From the NCBI GenBank assembly GCA_009103225.1, contig RHPI01002069.1:2380846-2444845 (forward strand): a DNA stretch of 64,000 bases. The letters are read 5' to 3'. Source of the DNA: Chlorokybus atmophyticus (Eukaryota > Plantae > Mesostigma and Chlorokybus algae). The notes beneath the pieces are model-generated. The model made no database searches. It had not been told where the DNA came from and saw only the letters and a program-made list of their open reading frames with translations. Of this stretch, positions 24,901-38,032 are shown piece by piece (position 1 is the stretch's first letter; every line of letters starts with the position of its first letter). Made by a program: the position numbers and the translations under genes.

Positions 24901-27900
24901 CTTCGACGGGTCTGCCCTCGTTGTGCGCAGCGGGGCTGTCACCGTTGGCCTCGGCAGCGCCTTCTCCCTCACCCAGAGCACCGTTGGCCCTGTTGTTGCC
25001 ACGTACACGCTCACAACCGCCGGCACGTATGACATCAAGCTTCGTGTCAATGGCCAGACCATCCCAACACCCGCCACGCCTGTGACTGTTACCGCTGATG
25101 TGCCCACCGCGGCGACATCCACCGTCACCGGCTCTGGCCTCCCTTCAACTGGACGCGTTGGTTCTGGCCTCGCCATGGGTGTCACCCTCAAAGACCGCTT
25201 CAACAACATCATCTCTGCCAACGCGGTCAGCCTCATTGAACATATACACACACATGCACGGGCATACATACGCACGTCCGCATACACATATACACACATG
25301 CATGTATGTATGAGCGCGCTCCCCTACACATTCTACACTCGTGTACACACGCACGCACACACAGTGACTTTACCATGGTGCTAACCCCTCTGTTTCAATG
25401 TCTACAGAGCGTATTAACGGTGACGGCCACGATCGTATCCGGCACTGGCGTGAACGTGGTCTCCACATCCGTTCCTGCCACCGTTGCATTCAACAACGAC
25501 GCCAAGGCCTACAACATCAGCATGGCTCCCAGCAAGACCGGCGTTCTCACCGTGAACGTGTTGGTGTCCGGCTCTCCCCTTGCCGGCAGCCCCTTTTCGG
25601 CTCTGATCCAGGCGGGTGCCACATCGGCCGCGCAGTCCACACTCTCGGGCTCGGGCCTGACCGGCACCGTGCTCAACAGCGCCGCCACCTTCACCATCCA
25701 GGCCTTTGACATCGGCGGCAACGCCAAGACCACCGGCGGGGACCCCTTCCGCGTGGCCGTGGCGGACTTGACGGGCAACAAGGCTGCCACGGCCTCGGTC
25801 GTGGACAAACAGGACGGTACGTACACCGTGACATACACGCCAACAGCTGTGGGCACCATCTCTATTGCCGTGTCTCTGCTCGGCACCGCTGTGGCCAACG
25901 GCCCCGTCACCGCGACGGTGCTCGCCACCGCCGGCGCCATCGATTACACAAAGACAACCGTCACGGGTGCTGGTTTGACTGGCGCCGTGGCGGGAGCACC
26001 AACCACCTTCACCATCACCGCTATGGATGCCAACTCCATCAAGCAAACAACCGGCGGGGACGTGTTTGAAGTCAGCTCTAAGCCTAGCCTTGACTTAACT
26101 GTCAATGACCAGGACAACGGCCTGTACGCCGTCAGCTACACCGCGGAGACAGCTGGCATGTACAACCTCACCATCACGTCACCCGATTTTGACGGCACCA
26201 TCAAGACTGCGACCCTAACTGTCATCCCGGGCAAGACCTCCAGCGTGGACTCCAGCCTGATTGAGGACTTCAACACAACGTACGCTGCCGGTGAGACCAT
26301 CACCGTTGGTCTCGACACGCAGGATGCCTTCGGCAACAAGCAGCAGTACTCCACGGCTTACCCCTCAGATGACGTGTCCTTCACTGCCACCAACAGTGCC
26401 GGCAGCAATGTCGCTACTGGCACTGCCACGCTGGATGAAGGCGAGTATGACCTCAGCATCACTGTCAAGCAGCCCGGCACGTACTCGTTGAACGTCAACA
26501 TTGGCGGCGTGGCCATCACCGGCAGCCCCTTCCCTATCAGTGTTGTTGCAGGGCCAGTATCTGCTGCTGCCACTTCTCTTGGCGCTACCATCGGTGCGGC
26601 TCCCATCGTTGCCGGTACTCCTGGCACCATCCCGGTGCTGGCCCGCGACGTGCATGGCATTCCCACAACCGACGTGGCGCAGTGCACAGCTACACTTGTT
26701 GACACAACCAGTGATGCAGTACAGGACCTCGACTGCGACATCGCCACCATGACCATCAGCTACGCTGTCGAGAAGGCTGGCGTGTACGAGCTTGAGGTGA
26801 GCGTGTCGAGCGAGGAGACGGGCGAGACCACGCCAATCAAGGGCAGCCCCTTCGCCGGCTTTAAGGTGGTGGCGGCCGATCCCGACGCGCAGAGCTCCAC
26901 CGTGGACGGCGACGGGTTGGACACCGCTGTCGCGGGGGTCCAGACCACCTTCATGATCACGGCCGTGGACACGTACGGCAACGACCTCACCTCCGGCGGG
27001 TTCTTCTTTGACGTCACGCTCCTGTTTGGGTCTCAGGTCATCCAGGGCAAGGTGAAGGACCTCACCAACGGGTCGTACCTCGGCAGCTATGTTGTCCCGC
27101 AGGCCGGCACGTACAGCCTCACCGTCAGCTCTTTGGGCCAACAACTGCAAGGCAGCCCCTTCGCGGTTGTGGCCTCACCTGCACCAACATCCCCACAAAA
27201 GTCCTTCGTGACCGTTGGCACTAGCGCTGGGGCTCCCGTCATCACCGCGGGCGTGCTCACGACAACGAGGATCACCAACATCGACCTCTTTGGCGTGCCA
27301 CAGAAAACCAGTCTCAGTGAGGAGTACGTCATCGAGGTCACACCCGCCACCGCTGTTAACAGCGAAGGCGCATCCGTGTCAACAGGTGCGACTGTCACCG
27401 ACATTGTGGACAACAACGACGGCACTTACACCTTCCAGTTCGGTGCCGACATGACCTCCACATACAACGGCCTCACCTCCGTGCCCATCGCGTACCAACT
27501 CTCCGTGAAACTTGTTACATCCACCGCGGCGGGCAACGTACCACTCTCCAACTCACCCATCAGCTTCCGTGTGAAGGCTGCTGCAGCAGACCCGGCTCAG
27601 TGCTATGTGTTGGCTCTCACACCCTCACACACTGTCCCCGTCGGCAGCAGCACGCCCACAGGACTTGAGACTCCTCTTTCTGTTGTTGTGATGGACGAGT
27701 TCGGCAACGCCAAGGGTCTTGATGTGTCCACCCTGCTCAACTTCCAGGCAACGGTCACCGCTTCCGACCCCGTGTTCAGGAGGATGTTGTTGGACACGCC
27801 GACTGTGAGGGTGGAGCGAGCCAACGATGGCACATACAACGTGATCGTGGCCACCTCGCAGACAGGCGCATACACGCTGGAACTCACCCTCAACGGAGAA

Positions 27901-30900
27901 AATGTTGGCTCTGGCTCAACAGACTTCCAGGTCCTTCCCGGGCCGTCCGCCATCAGCGAGTACGCAGTCACAGCGGGTGAGGGCATCACAACAGATGCGA
28001 CAGCTGGCCAGCCCGCGAGCATTACCATTCAACCTCGCGATGCCCTCGGCAACGAGAGGCAGGATGCCGACAGTGCATATCTGAGCAGCATTGTGCCTAG
28101 CTTCAGCGTGCATATTGGGTCCTCCAACGCCTTCACCACCTTCACCGGCAGCCAGGCCGTGAGCAGCATAAAGATTGTTCCCGGTCCTTCCGGCACGTAT
28201 GTGGTGAACTACACGCCGATCAAGGCCGGCACCATCATCACATCCATCAGCATCAAGGGTCTCGACATCGCCGACAGCCCCTTCAGCGGCACCGTGCTGG
28301 CGGCTGATGTGGTGCCCTCTGCGTGTGTGGCAAGCGGGTCCGGTATCTTTGGCGCCGTTATTGATGTGGACACGCCCATTGTGCTTGACGCAAAGGACGC
28401 CCTCGGCAACGTTGTTGATGCCAGCGACCCTCTCTGCTCCAAGTTCACGCTCTCTTTCACCGACCCCGCCATCACCGTCGACGAGGTGATCCCCATGCTT
28501 GGAAAGTGCCAAGCCTCATACACAGCCACCAATGCCGGCACGGCTGTGGGCACCATCAAGTATGATGGACAAGTCATTAGCAACGGGCAGTTCACGGCGC
28601 AGATCAAGTCTACGGCGGGTCCACCCGACGCGGGCCAGTCCATTGTCACGGGTTCGGCCATCAACGGCCTCGCCATCGCAGGCCAGAGCGTGAGCGTGAC
28701 CATCAGTCTGCGTGACGCGCAGGGTGTGGCTATCACCAGCAGCCAGGGCGCGAGCTTTGTGTCTGCCGACATCACCGACGAGAATGGCGATGAAGTGCAG
28801 GTCTCCGAGCAGGTTGTTGACAACGACGATGGCACGTACATGCTGACCTTCACTGCCGTTGAAACGGGCGAGTACACTGTGAAGCCCCTCGTTGACGGCG
28901 CCACCCTCGGCGGCACCGGCAAGTCCTTCACCACAACCATTGTGGCGGGCGTAACCACAACCGCGCAGGTCTCAATCTCACCCGCCGGCAGCTCCGTCCC
29001 GGCCGGCTCACCCTTGACAATCACCATCACGCCTCTCGACAGCAACGGCAACGTGCAGGACAGAGTGGTCAGCAACACCGACGTGTTCACCGTGTTGGTG
29101 TCATCTGTTGGTACGGGTCAGGTACAGCCAGTTGCACTGGCATGGAACGCCAGTGCATCCACATACGACGACAAGACTACGTCCGGCTCTGTCACGCTCG
29201 CAGCGTTGGGACAGTACGTTGTGTCGGTCACGCTGCAGAACTCGGGGACCTCCGGTCATATCCCGATTGGGTCTCCCCTGCCTTTCACAGTTGTTCCGGG
29301 CGGGGCCTTCGCTTCCAACACTGTCGTCGGTGGCTCGGGTCTCAACGCAGCCACCGCCGGCACGGCTTCAGGCTTCTGGGTTAAGCTCTACGACCAGGCC
29401 AACAACGCCATCACGAGTGCGGCAGAGTATCAAAAGACATTCGGCGCGGTGTCGGCCCAGTTCGTGAGCCTATCCAACTCGTCAAATGTGGTCCCGATCA
29501 CCGTCGCCGTCGACAGCACAGGTCTCCGCTACACCATGTCGTACATCGCCACAATTGCCGACGACTACAGCCTCCAGCTGTCCATCAACAACGTCATCGT
29601 GACGGTCTCCGGCTACCAGACCACGCAGGTCAGCGCCGGCGCGGTGTCCTCCGCGGCGTGCACGGCAGCCGGACCAGGCGTGTCGAGCAATGTTGTACTT
29701 CAAGCTGGCCAGGCCGCCACCTTCCAGATCACCGCCAACGACCAGTACGGCAACGCCAACACCCTCGGCGGCAGCAGCTTCGATGTTAAGGTTAAGGGTG
29801 TCGGCGCTACTGCCAACCAGTTTGCCCGAGGCTCCATTAGCTTCAACTCTGCTACGGGCGCGTATGATGCATCTTACGCAGTCACTGTTGCGGGTACGTA
29901 CTCGGTTGAGGTCTCCCGCCTCGGCACACCCATCCAGGGCTCTCCCTTCCCGGGTCCCGGTCAGGCCGTGAACGTGCAAGCTGGCATCATCAACTTCGAC
30001 AACAGCAAGCTCACCGGCAACGGCACGAAGGACTGCACCGCCGGCGACGACGTCGTGGTGCAAGTGCAGGCCTACGACCAGTACAAGAACATGAAGAACG
30101 ACACAGCCGACAGCATCTTCTACCAAGTCTTCGTTGCTGGCGGCACCGCTGCAGAACAACCTTCTGGCACTATGACCCCTCTTGGCAGCGGCCGCTACCA
30201 ATTTGTGTCTGAGTGCCAGACTGCTGGCGTGTCCACCCGCATCGTGACCGTTAAGATTGGCACAGCCACAAAGACTTACACTCTCTCTACAAAGGCGGGC
30301 CCCGTGTCGGCCACGAAGTCTCGCCTTGCGGGTGACATTACCACACTTGGTGTTGGGATCACCGGCTCGGCCACCATCACCGCTCTTGATGACTTTGGCA
30401 ACCGCGTGACGGGCCGTGACAGCAGCTACAGGCTGCAACTCACGGGGCCGAAGAGTGTCATTGCGCAGGAGACCAACAACGGCGACGGGACCATCTTGTA
30501 CACGTACTCGACGACCAAGACCGGCGACTACAACATCGTGGCCACCGCCTTTGACACAGCAATCTACAACCGCACGCTCACGGTGTTCAGCAAGCAGCCT
30601 GATGCGAGCCAGTGCAAGGTCACCTTTGGCAGCGACAAGACGTTCTTTGTTGGCAATGCGGGCAGCGTGCTGGTTCAGCTGCGAGACACGTACAAGAACG
30701 TGATTGTGGACAACTCGTATGTGTCCACACTTCAGCTTCAGAATGCGCCCAAGAGCCTTGCCTTCTCGCCCACGATCCTCGCATACACATTGGCTTACGA
30801 CGACACCAACCAACAATACAACATCACCTTCACCCCAACACTTCAAGGCAAGGTCAATGTTCTCTGGAGCATCACCGACGCGGCTTCTGGCATCCAGTAC

Positions 30901-33900
30901 CCCGTTGTCACGGCCTCCGGCAAGACTTACAGCACGAATGTCGACCCTGCGAGTGGCAGTGGGCAGTCCTCAAGCGCAGTGGACACGCCGCAAGCGTCGG
31001 CAACGGGAGTTGTCTCACCCGCCAAGAGCGTGGTGCTCGGAGAGGAGAGTGAGGACGTCACTGATGGCACCGTCTACGGCGCCGTCGCCGGTGAGCCTTT
31101 CACGTTCGTTGTTGAGCTGCGTGATGCATCCGGCAAGCTCATCACTACGGGAGGCGCTGCTTCCACCATCGAAGTCAACGTCGCAGGTGTGTTGCTTTAC
31201 AACAGGTCGCACACTTTGTTCTTGTCTTGCTCCAAGCACACACTTACCATTACTGTTGTGTTGGCACAGGTTATGGTGACATTGATGGAGAAGACCTCAA
31301 CAACGGCAGCTACGCCTACGAGTTCACCAGCAACGTCGCGCAGACCTACTACGCTGAGATTGCCATCTCCGGTCAGAACCTGGGCTCCACAGGCCAGCTC
31401 AAGATCTTTGTGGAGTCCGCAGAAACAGACGCGGCCAAGTCACTGGTAAGCCACATGTAAAATACACTTACTTCTTTCTGTGCAATCAAACCATACACTT
31501 CTGACCCATGCTGTCATGTTTAGGTCATGCACCGTGACGGCCTCAAGCCCTTCGTCCCTGCACCCGTTGTTGCCGGCTCCCGCAACCAGTTCCTCATCAA
31601 GGCCATGGACAGCTATGGCAACAAGGCAACATACAACCCGTACTACGGTGGAGATGCTTTCGCTGTGAGCCTTCACGGTAAGATATCATGTGGATGTGTG
31701 TGTCCTTGTTGTGGCTGTGCTCGTTGTGATTGCATCACTGTTTTCGTGTTACCCAGCTTTCCACTGATGTTGTTGCAACTTCAGGACCTGTGGATGTGCT
31801 TGCTGCTGTGGCTGACAACGCTGACGGCACATACACTGTCACATACGCCGCAACAATTGCTGGCGAGTATGAATTCGACATCACCCTCGACAATGAGACA
31901 GTCAGCGACAACACATTCACACTCGAGGTGGTGGAGAGCAGCTTCACTGCCGCCACGAGCACGATATCACCCACCTACGGCGCGCTCGCTGAGCTCAGCT
32001 CTGGTGTCCCCATCACCATTACCCTCACGCCTCGCGACCAGTACGGCAATGATTACACGCACGGCGACGTGGATGTTGTAGCTACACTCACCCCCAACCA
32101 GGGCTCAGTTGTCACAACCGCCACCATCGCCGTCTCAGATGACGGCGAGTACCTCATCACATTCACACCCGGCAACATTGGCAGCCAGACCGTCACCATT
32201 ACCGCGAACCTCGCTGCCGTGGGTGGCTCACCCTTCTCCACCAACGTCGTGGCGGGTCCCGTTGCAAAGTCCACATCATCGGTGGTTGTGTCTAAGCTGC
32301 CAATAGCCGAGCAGACGGCTCGTTTTACGGTCGTCGCGCGCGACATCAACGGCAACGTCAACAACACCATCCCCGACGTCACCATTGATCCCGAGCCCGA
32401 AAGCATTGAGATCGCACAGTCTTGCTCCAATGGCGTGTGCTCCACCCTCGTGTCGTACGTGCCAATGGAGGCGGGCAACATCCTCATCGAGGTCACAGTG
32501 GACGACGAGGACATCGGGTCCAGCCCACTCCAACTGTCAGTCACACCCGCCGCAGCTCCCATCATGGAATCCGCGAAGCTCTCAGAAAGCCTCTCTCTGC
32601 TTCTCATCACATTCGATGAGGCCACGAACCAACCCGGTGAGGCGTGTGGCGACGTGTTGTCCAGCGACACGCTCGACATCATCGGCGATGAGCCTGAGTG
32701 CTGGTGGGACGACGAGTCCACATACATTGTTGTGCTCGGGGAAGAGGCAACGGTCATGCCCGCGGGCACCATCGGCGCGAGCATTGTCTCACTCGCAGCG
32801 GGTGCGGTCCTCAACGCCAATGAGAACTCGTACGCCGCTGCCAACACTGTTCCCGTGCAGATGCCCGACGTGCTCGACGCACCCGAAATCAGCATCTACT
32901 CTGCCGAAATCGTTGGCGCGTGCGATGATCTTGATGTGGCCATCGATATCAGCTCCTCTGGCGGTCGTGCGATGACTGTGTCATGGTTCATCCAAGGCAC
33001 GGGTCCAAGCATGGGTGCTTTGACAGAGAAGCTCAACGAGCTCGATGTTGAGGAGACCGAAGTGTACTTCTTCGCCGATGAGATGGACCCCGGCGTGACG
33101 TACAACATCAGCATTGAAGCCACCAACTTCCTTGGACAGAGCTCAGAAGAGTGGTTCACCGTGACAAAGTCTCTCCACGCATCCGTACCCGTGGCTGTCA
33201 TCTCATCATCCAGCACAGGCATGGAGGTGTCCGCCTCATCCGACGTGATCCTCGAGGGTGATGTGATCCCGCCGTCCACGATGATCCTCGAGGACGGCGT
33301 GTGCGTGGACAGCGCTGATGAGTCAGACAACGAGGAGCCTGATCTTGTGGACTTGGACTTCCAGTGGGTTGTTGAGGATGGACCTCTATTGGACCTCTTC
33401 GACCTCTTCCCTGAGGAGTACGCCGCGACCATCAACACACCTTACCTCACCATCCCCGCGGGTCTGCTCCTCGCCGGCCAGGTGTACACATTCAGGTTCA
33501 CCGTGTCCGAGGTGGACGACCCGACCGTGACCTCGACCGATACTATCGAGGTCACTGTCATGACATCAGATCTGTTCTCCGTTGTGAAGTATGGTGACCG
33601 CGCCGTGCGTGCCTCCGATGACCTTGTGTTGGAGGGTGCATCCATCGACGTGGACAACTCACCCTTCCAGTTCGAGTACTCATGGTCGATTAGTGCCGTG
33701 GATCCCAACGTGGTCATCCCCGATGATGCCATCTCCGCCATGTTCAACCCCGAAGACACCGAGTTTGGCGTGGGCGCCATTGTGACCATCCCGGCCAACA
33801 CGCTCGAGGACGGCGAGTACATCATCACGCTCGAGACTACAAAGGAGCCGCTCACATCCAACCGCATCGGCGTGGTTGGCCAAGCTAAGATCACAGTAAA

Positions 33901-36146
33901 CTCCACGGGCGTGTTGCCCGTCGTGATCGAGCCGCCAAGCGAAGAGGACGTGACTTCACTCTCTGCAGCCAACGAGCTCTCTATCACCTGTAATGCGGAC
34001 TCACCCGATGCGGATTACACATGGACAATGGCCACTGACTCAGGCCCACTCACACCCATGTCCAAGTACACACTCAACGAGACCCTCTCCACACTTGTGG
34101 TCATGCCTGGCACGCTGCCAAAGGGTCAGAATGTGAAGTTCACGTGCGCGGCGGATGACGTGGACGACAACACCGGCAAGTCCTCCATCACGTTGTACGT
34201 GAATGGTAACCCGAGCGGGTGCAAGTTGAATGTGACAACAACCAACGCCACTTTGACGGGGCCGTACACGGCGGGCAAGGACCAGTTCTCGGTCACCGTG
34301 AGCAACTGCGCGGCCTCGCTGAAGGGCGGGAAGGGCTCTCTCATCTACGAGTACAGGTACACTGTGGACGACGGGCCCGAGCAGCTGCTGTCTCCCTTCA
34401 CGATGAACAACCGCTACGTGTCCACGCTGCCCGCGGGCAACATTTCCATCGTCGTGTATGTGAAGGATCCCAACCCACCTGCCAGCAGCACCAACGGTCT
34501 TCCCGAGGGCCTGCGCCTGGATTCCAACGGCATTATCGTGTCCACGCCACCTAACACGCAGTCCGGCAACAGGCGCTTGTTGTCCGCTGTGGGTGATGAG
34601 GCCACATCACTTAAGACAGCCAACTTTGACACGTACGTGCAGGCCAAAAGCACAGCTCAGGCGCTGCAGTACGCACAAATCTGGGGCTCCATCTATGCGG
34701 GAAGCTCGAGTGCAACATGTGGGTCGGGTGATGCCCAACTCACCAACCTCAAGGCGGCCATCCTTGCCAACATCACCACGCTGGGTGCATCTACAGTGTA
34801 CAACAACGAGCTTGCCATGATCGAGGTGTGCGCCGTGAGCAGCATCTTAAACAACCCCGCGGAGATCAACAGCGCGGCGGCCAACGCGGCCTATGCCATC
34901 GTGAACGGGAAGCTGCGTAGGTTGGCCACACCCAACGACACGCTGTCTGCTCCTGCCACACCCGGCGCGGACAGCCCATACGCGTGTTACGCAAGTGCTC
35001 TCAGCGCCTTCATCAACATCGCCGGCAAGCACTGCGGCAACGCCACCGTGGACGCGTCGTTCGTGAGCGGCGTGGCCAACATGCAGCGCACGCTCGCGGC
35101 CGTGATGGTGCAGGACGACCTCGCCGGCTCGGGTCGCGTGAGGTCCTTTGTGCGCTCCAGCATCGCAATGACCACGCAGAAGACCAACGCCGGCAACCTC
35201 GCCGGCAACGCCCAATCCGTTGCCTTCACCGGCCACACCGATACAGGCGTGTCCGGCGTGGTCACGTTGGTTGTGACCAACTCTGCTGTCAACACACTCG
35301 ACGCGAGCGTGTCTCAGGGCCTCACAGGTGAGGTCGCCGGCGTGTTCGTGACCCAAAGTGGCAACGCCGTGTCCGCCTCGGGCACGATCACCTTCACGAG
35401 CGTGCCCACACCACCCGCGGGCAAGCTCTACACCGTGCAGATGATCTCCAGCTCAAGCAACGCCTTTATTGCAAACGCCGTGTCCAATGTCAACTACGCC
35501 AACAGCGCCGCAACCGCGCAGACCAACCAGGTGAACGGCTACTTTGCGTTGTACTACATTGATGCGGCCTCGCCTCCCCCGCCAACGGGCACAACCCCGG
35601 GTACGCCCCCAACCACGGGCACACCCAAAAACGCACCACCTCCTGGAGGCGCACGTGCTCCACCCCCACCTGCACGCAGCGCTGGAAAGACTACCAGCAA
35701 GTCCGTCAACGCTGGAGTCATCGCTGGTGAGTTGATATTTATTGTAACAGTACAGAGTGTTGTACCATTGCACACAGGACATGCGTGAAGAAGACACATA
35801 CACGTTTGCACACATGCAGCTCCTGTAGTGGCACAACCACTCTTCATGTATGCACACATCTCTGACCTGCTTTACACACGCAGGTCCCGTTGTGGGAGGT
35901 ATCGCTGTTCTTGCCCTGGCTGCACTCTTCTTGCTGTGGAGGCGTAGGAGGCAGCGCCAGGGCATTGGTTTCCAGAACGCCGGACACGTGCCTCTGGTGG
36001 CCACGCTCAACCAGCCACTGATGGTGCAGGGAGATGCCCAGCAGCCCATGATGATGGGTGCTTCAGCGGACCCCAACACAATGAACCCCAACGTGAGGCA
36101 GTCAGCCAACCTGTCCCCGCCACCACCTCCTCCCACAGGATACTAG
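12979..36146 (+). CDS. Giant type I membrane protein: cadherin-like beta-sandwich, extensin-like tracts, ~27 filamin/Ig-like repeats, PKD/REJ domain, TM (>4,700 aa, at least 16 exons)
   Basis: Signal-like PWLPLLLLLLLTSPAAS (12979-13063); spliceable exons 13230-13375, 13468-13593, 13672-13798, 13883-14071, ~15304-15561, ~15701-15781, ~15866-16080, ~22060-22235, 22322-22986, 23339-25225, 25408-31186, 31270-31445, 31524-31677, ~31786-35726, 35884-36146. Repeated DxxGN / DxxDGTYxVxY / GSPF motifs; REJ-type IVGACDDL...SSSGGRAMTVSW, LTIPAGLL, LEGASIDVD...EYSWS; TM VVGGIAVLALAALFLLW followed by RRRR. The start codon (possibly near 12864) is unresolved. Confidence 0.9.
14072..15300 (+). repeat. Direct duplicate of 9331-10559 (probable assembly artefact)
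   Basis: Offset 4741; starts after a Pro-coding C-rich tract and is followed by GG and a single N at 15303; the host reading frame resumes with Pro codons. Confidence 0.9.
16081..21982 (+). repeat. Direct duplicate of 4256-10153 (right 5.4 kb of the CACTA element plus flank; probable assembly artefact)
   Basis: Offset 11825-11829; near-identical with a few differences clustered near 16200-16660 and 19930-20490; starts after poly-Pro codons and ends at N 21983. Confidence 0.9.
22987..23337 (+). repeat. Direct duplicate of 11385-11735 (probable assembly artefact)
   Basis: Offset 11602; follows the SPPPP tract and ends at N 23338. Confidence 0.9.
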
Positions 36147-36427
36147 AAGGAGAGCGTGAAGAAGCACATGCCTAGAATTTACTAGTGCGATAGTGTAATA
36201 CTAGCAGTTCAGAAGTTGACATGTTTTTCCTTGCCAACTTGGAGATAGCGGGTTTGTGCCACACGCGGCCGCGCCGTGTGCACAACCTAGACATAAGCAT
36301 ATACCTAGTCGTAGTGATAATATTCAATAGCTTTCATCAGCATCCGGTCTATCTGTTACAGATGTTGCCAGGCTCTCAACCTTGTGTCTTGCTTTGTCAC
36401 TCTGACTGCAACTCCATTTACACGACG

Positions 36428-36430
<3 letters not shown>

Positions 36431-36488
<58 letters not shown>
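36431..36488. repeat. (CT)n microsatellite
   Basis: Direct reading. Confidence 0.98.
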
Positions 36489-36491
<3 letters not shown>

Positions 36492-38032
36492 CCACAGCAT
36501 GCAGCACGCTGCGTGCTGCGTACCGCCTCGTAGTCGATTTGCTTGTCACAACTCTCCAAACAACGATGATGCTTTGAGGGGGTTAACATTATGCACACCC
36601 AGCATTGACATACCAACGTCACAGTCACCAATTGATTTTGTCGCGGGTAAGCAAGGCCACACGTTTTCAACAAGATTGTGCAGCAATGAGTTACTTTAAT
36701 GGACTTCAACATTGCATGCAAGCCACCGCCGGTGGTAGCACTGCTGTGTGTAGCATGTGCGCTGAAATGCAACCGATATGTGTGTGAGCGCTTGCAGTAA
36801 CGATTGTAGTGTAGGCATGTAAACGGAAAGCCTGGAGACCTCAAGTATAAGTGAGTGACTGTCACGCTAATTCGTATCTTGCAAACCTTGTCTAAAACAT
36901 CATGTGTGAAACATAACAGGGTGGGCTAGTTGTACCGGACGTGTTTATTATACTTACATAACATCAACTTGCACATGAAATGTTTCAAGCATATGCATAC
37001 GTGTATAGTAAATAATGTGACGCTCATTACAAGCAATTCCTAGCTTTACTTCACGCATATAGCTTTTAGACCGACCCTTGTCACCCCTCCCCCCCCACGC
37101 GTTCCCTTTGAGACAAGCATTGACAAGCCAAAACCACCGGTTTTTGCAATGTTGCCTATGACCATTTTTGCTCACACAAAGCGCATGCGATGATGATACG
37201 CACTTGCAATTCAAATGAACCCAATTGTTTGACGAATGACGGTGTATTGAGTTGGGATGGCAGTGTCATGATAAATGCGATAACATTGTAACGAAAATAG
37301 CAATTCTGTTGCCAATCATGTGATCAACAAGCCAATTTCAGCGTTGTATATGCATCGTGTATGTTAATTGCAACATGAATCTAATAATCAACATTGATCA
37401 TACAGACCAACTATTGCTGTGAAAACAAAGTTACTTTATTGCATATGAAATTCATATGCAAGTATATAATGTATACACGTATATACACATGCAATTTTCT
37501 TACTCAATCAACGCGCACGTCTTACGATTGGTATATACAATTACCATACGGTGGCCCAGACTGTGTCATGTTGGGCCACCAGTTGGTTTGCCAAGGCACT
37601 GCCAACACGCCGGGCGCTCACTTGGTGAGCTTATATAACGTGACCTGCTAAGCGTACATGTACATGATTTCGCAACTCAAGTTGGTCGACACTAGACCAG
37701 CGAGTGCCAGCTGTCACCCCGCCATTGCTCGCCAGCCTGCCAGCTGTACCCCGGCGGGGCGGCGGCAAGCCCATCGCGCCGTGTCTCCTCGTCGTGGCCG
37801 CCGCCGCCGTGGAGGCTACCTTGCTAGGCCATGCTGGTTCGAGGGTAGATGGTGCGGCGATGGTGGTGAGGCAGGCAGAAGCAGCACAACTTGATTGCGT
37901 GAGGGTTGGTGCTTTGTGGCCCGCCGGCAGGAGTTGAGCATACATATCGACACATACACATACACGCTCACATACATACGTACATACTTACACACGCATA
38001 CACACAAACAGAGTAGCTGAAGTAGGGGCGCA

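Noticed and set aside
23800-35860. Many long minus-strand and alternative-frame ORFs (for example 29482-30846, 454 aa)
   Set aside because: Shadow ORFs of the GC-rich, codon-biased giant gene.
36115-36146. PPxY WW-binding motif in the cytoplasmic tail
   Set aside because: The sequence is PPPPPPTGY, which does not fit PPxY spacing.
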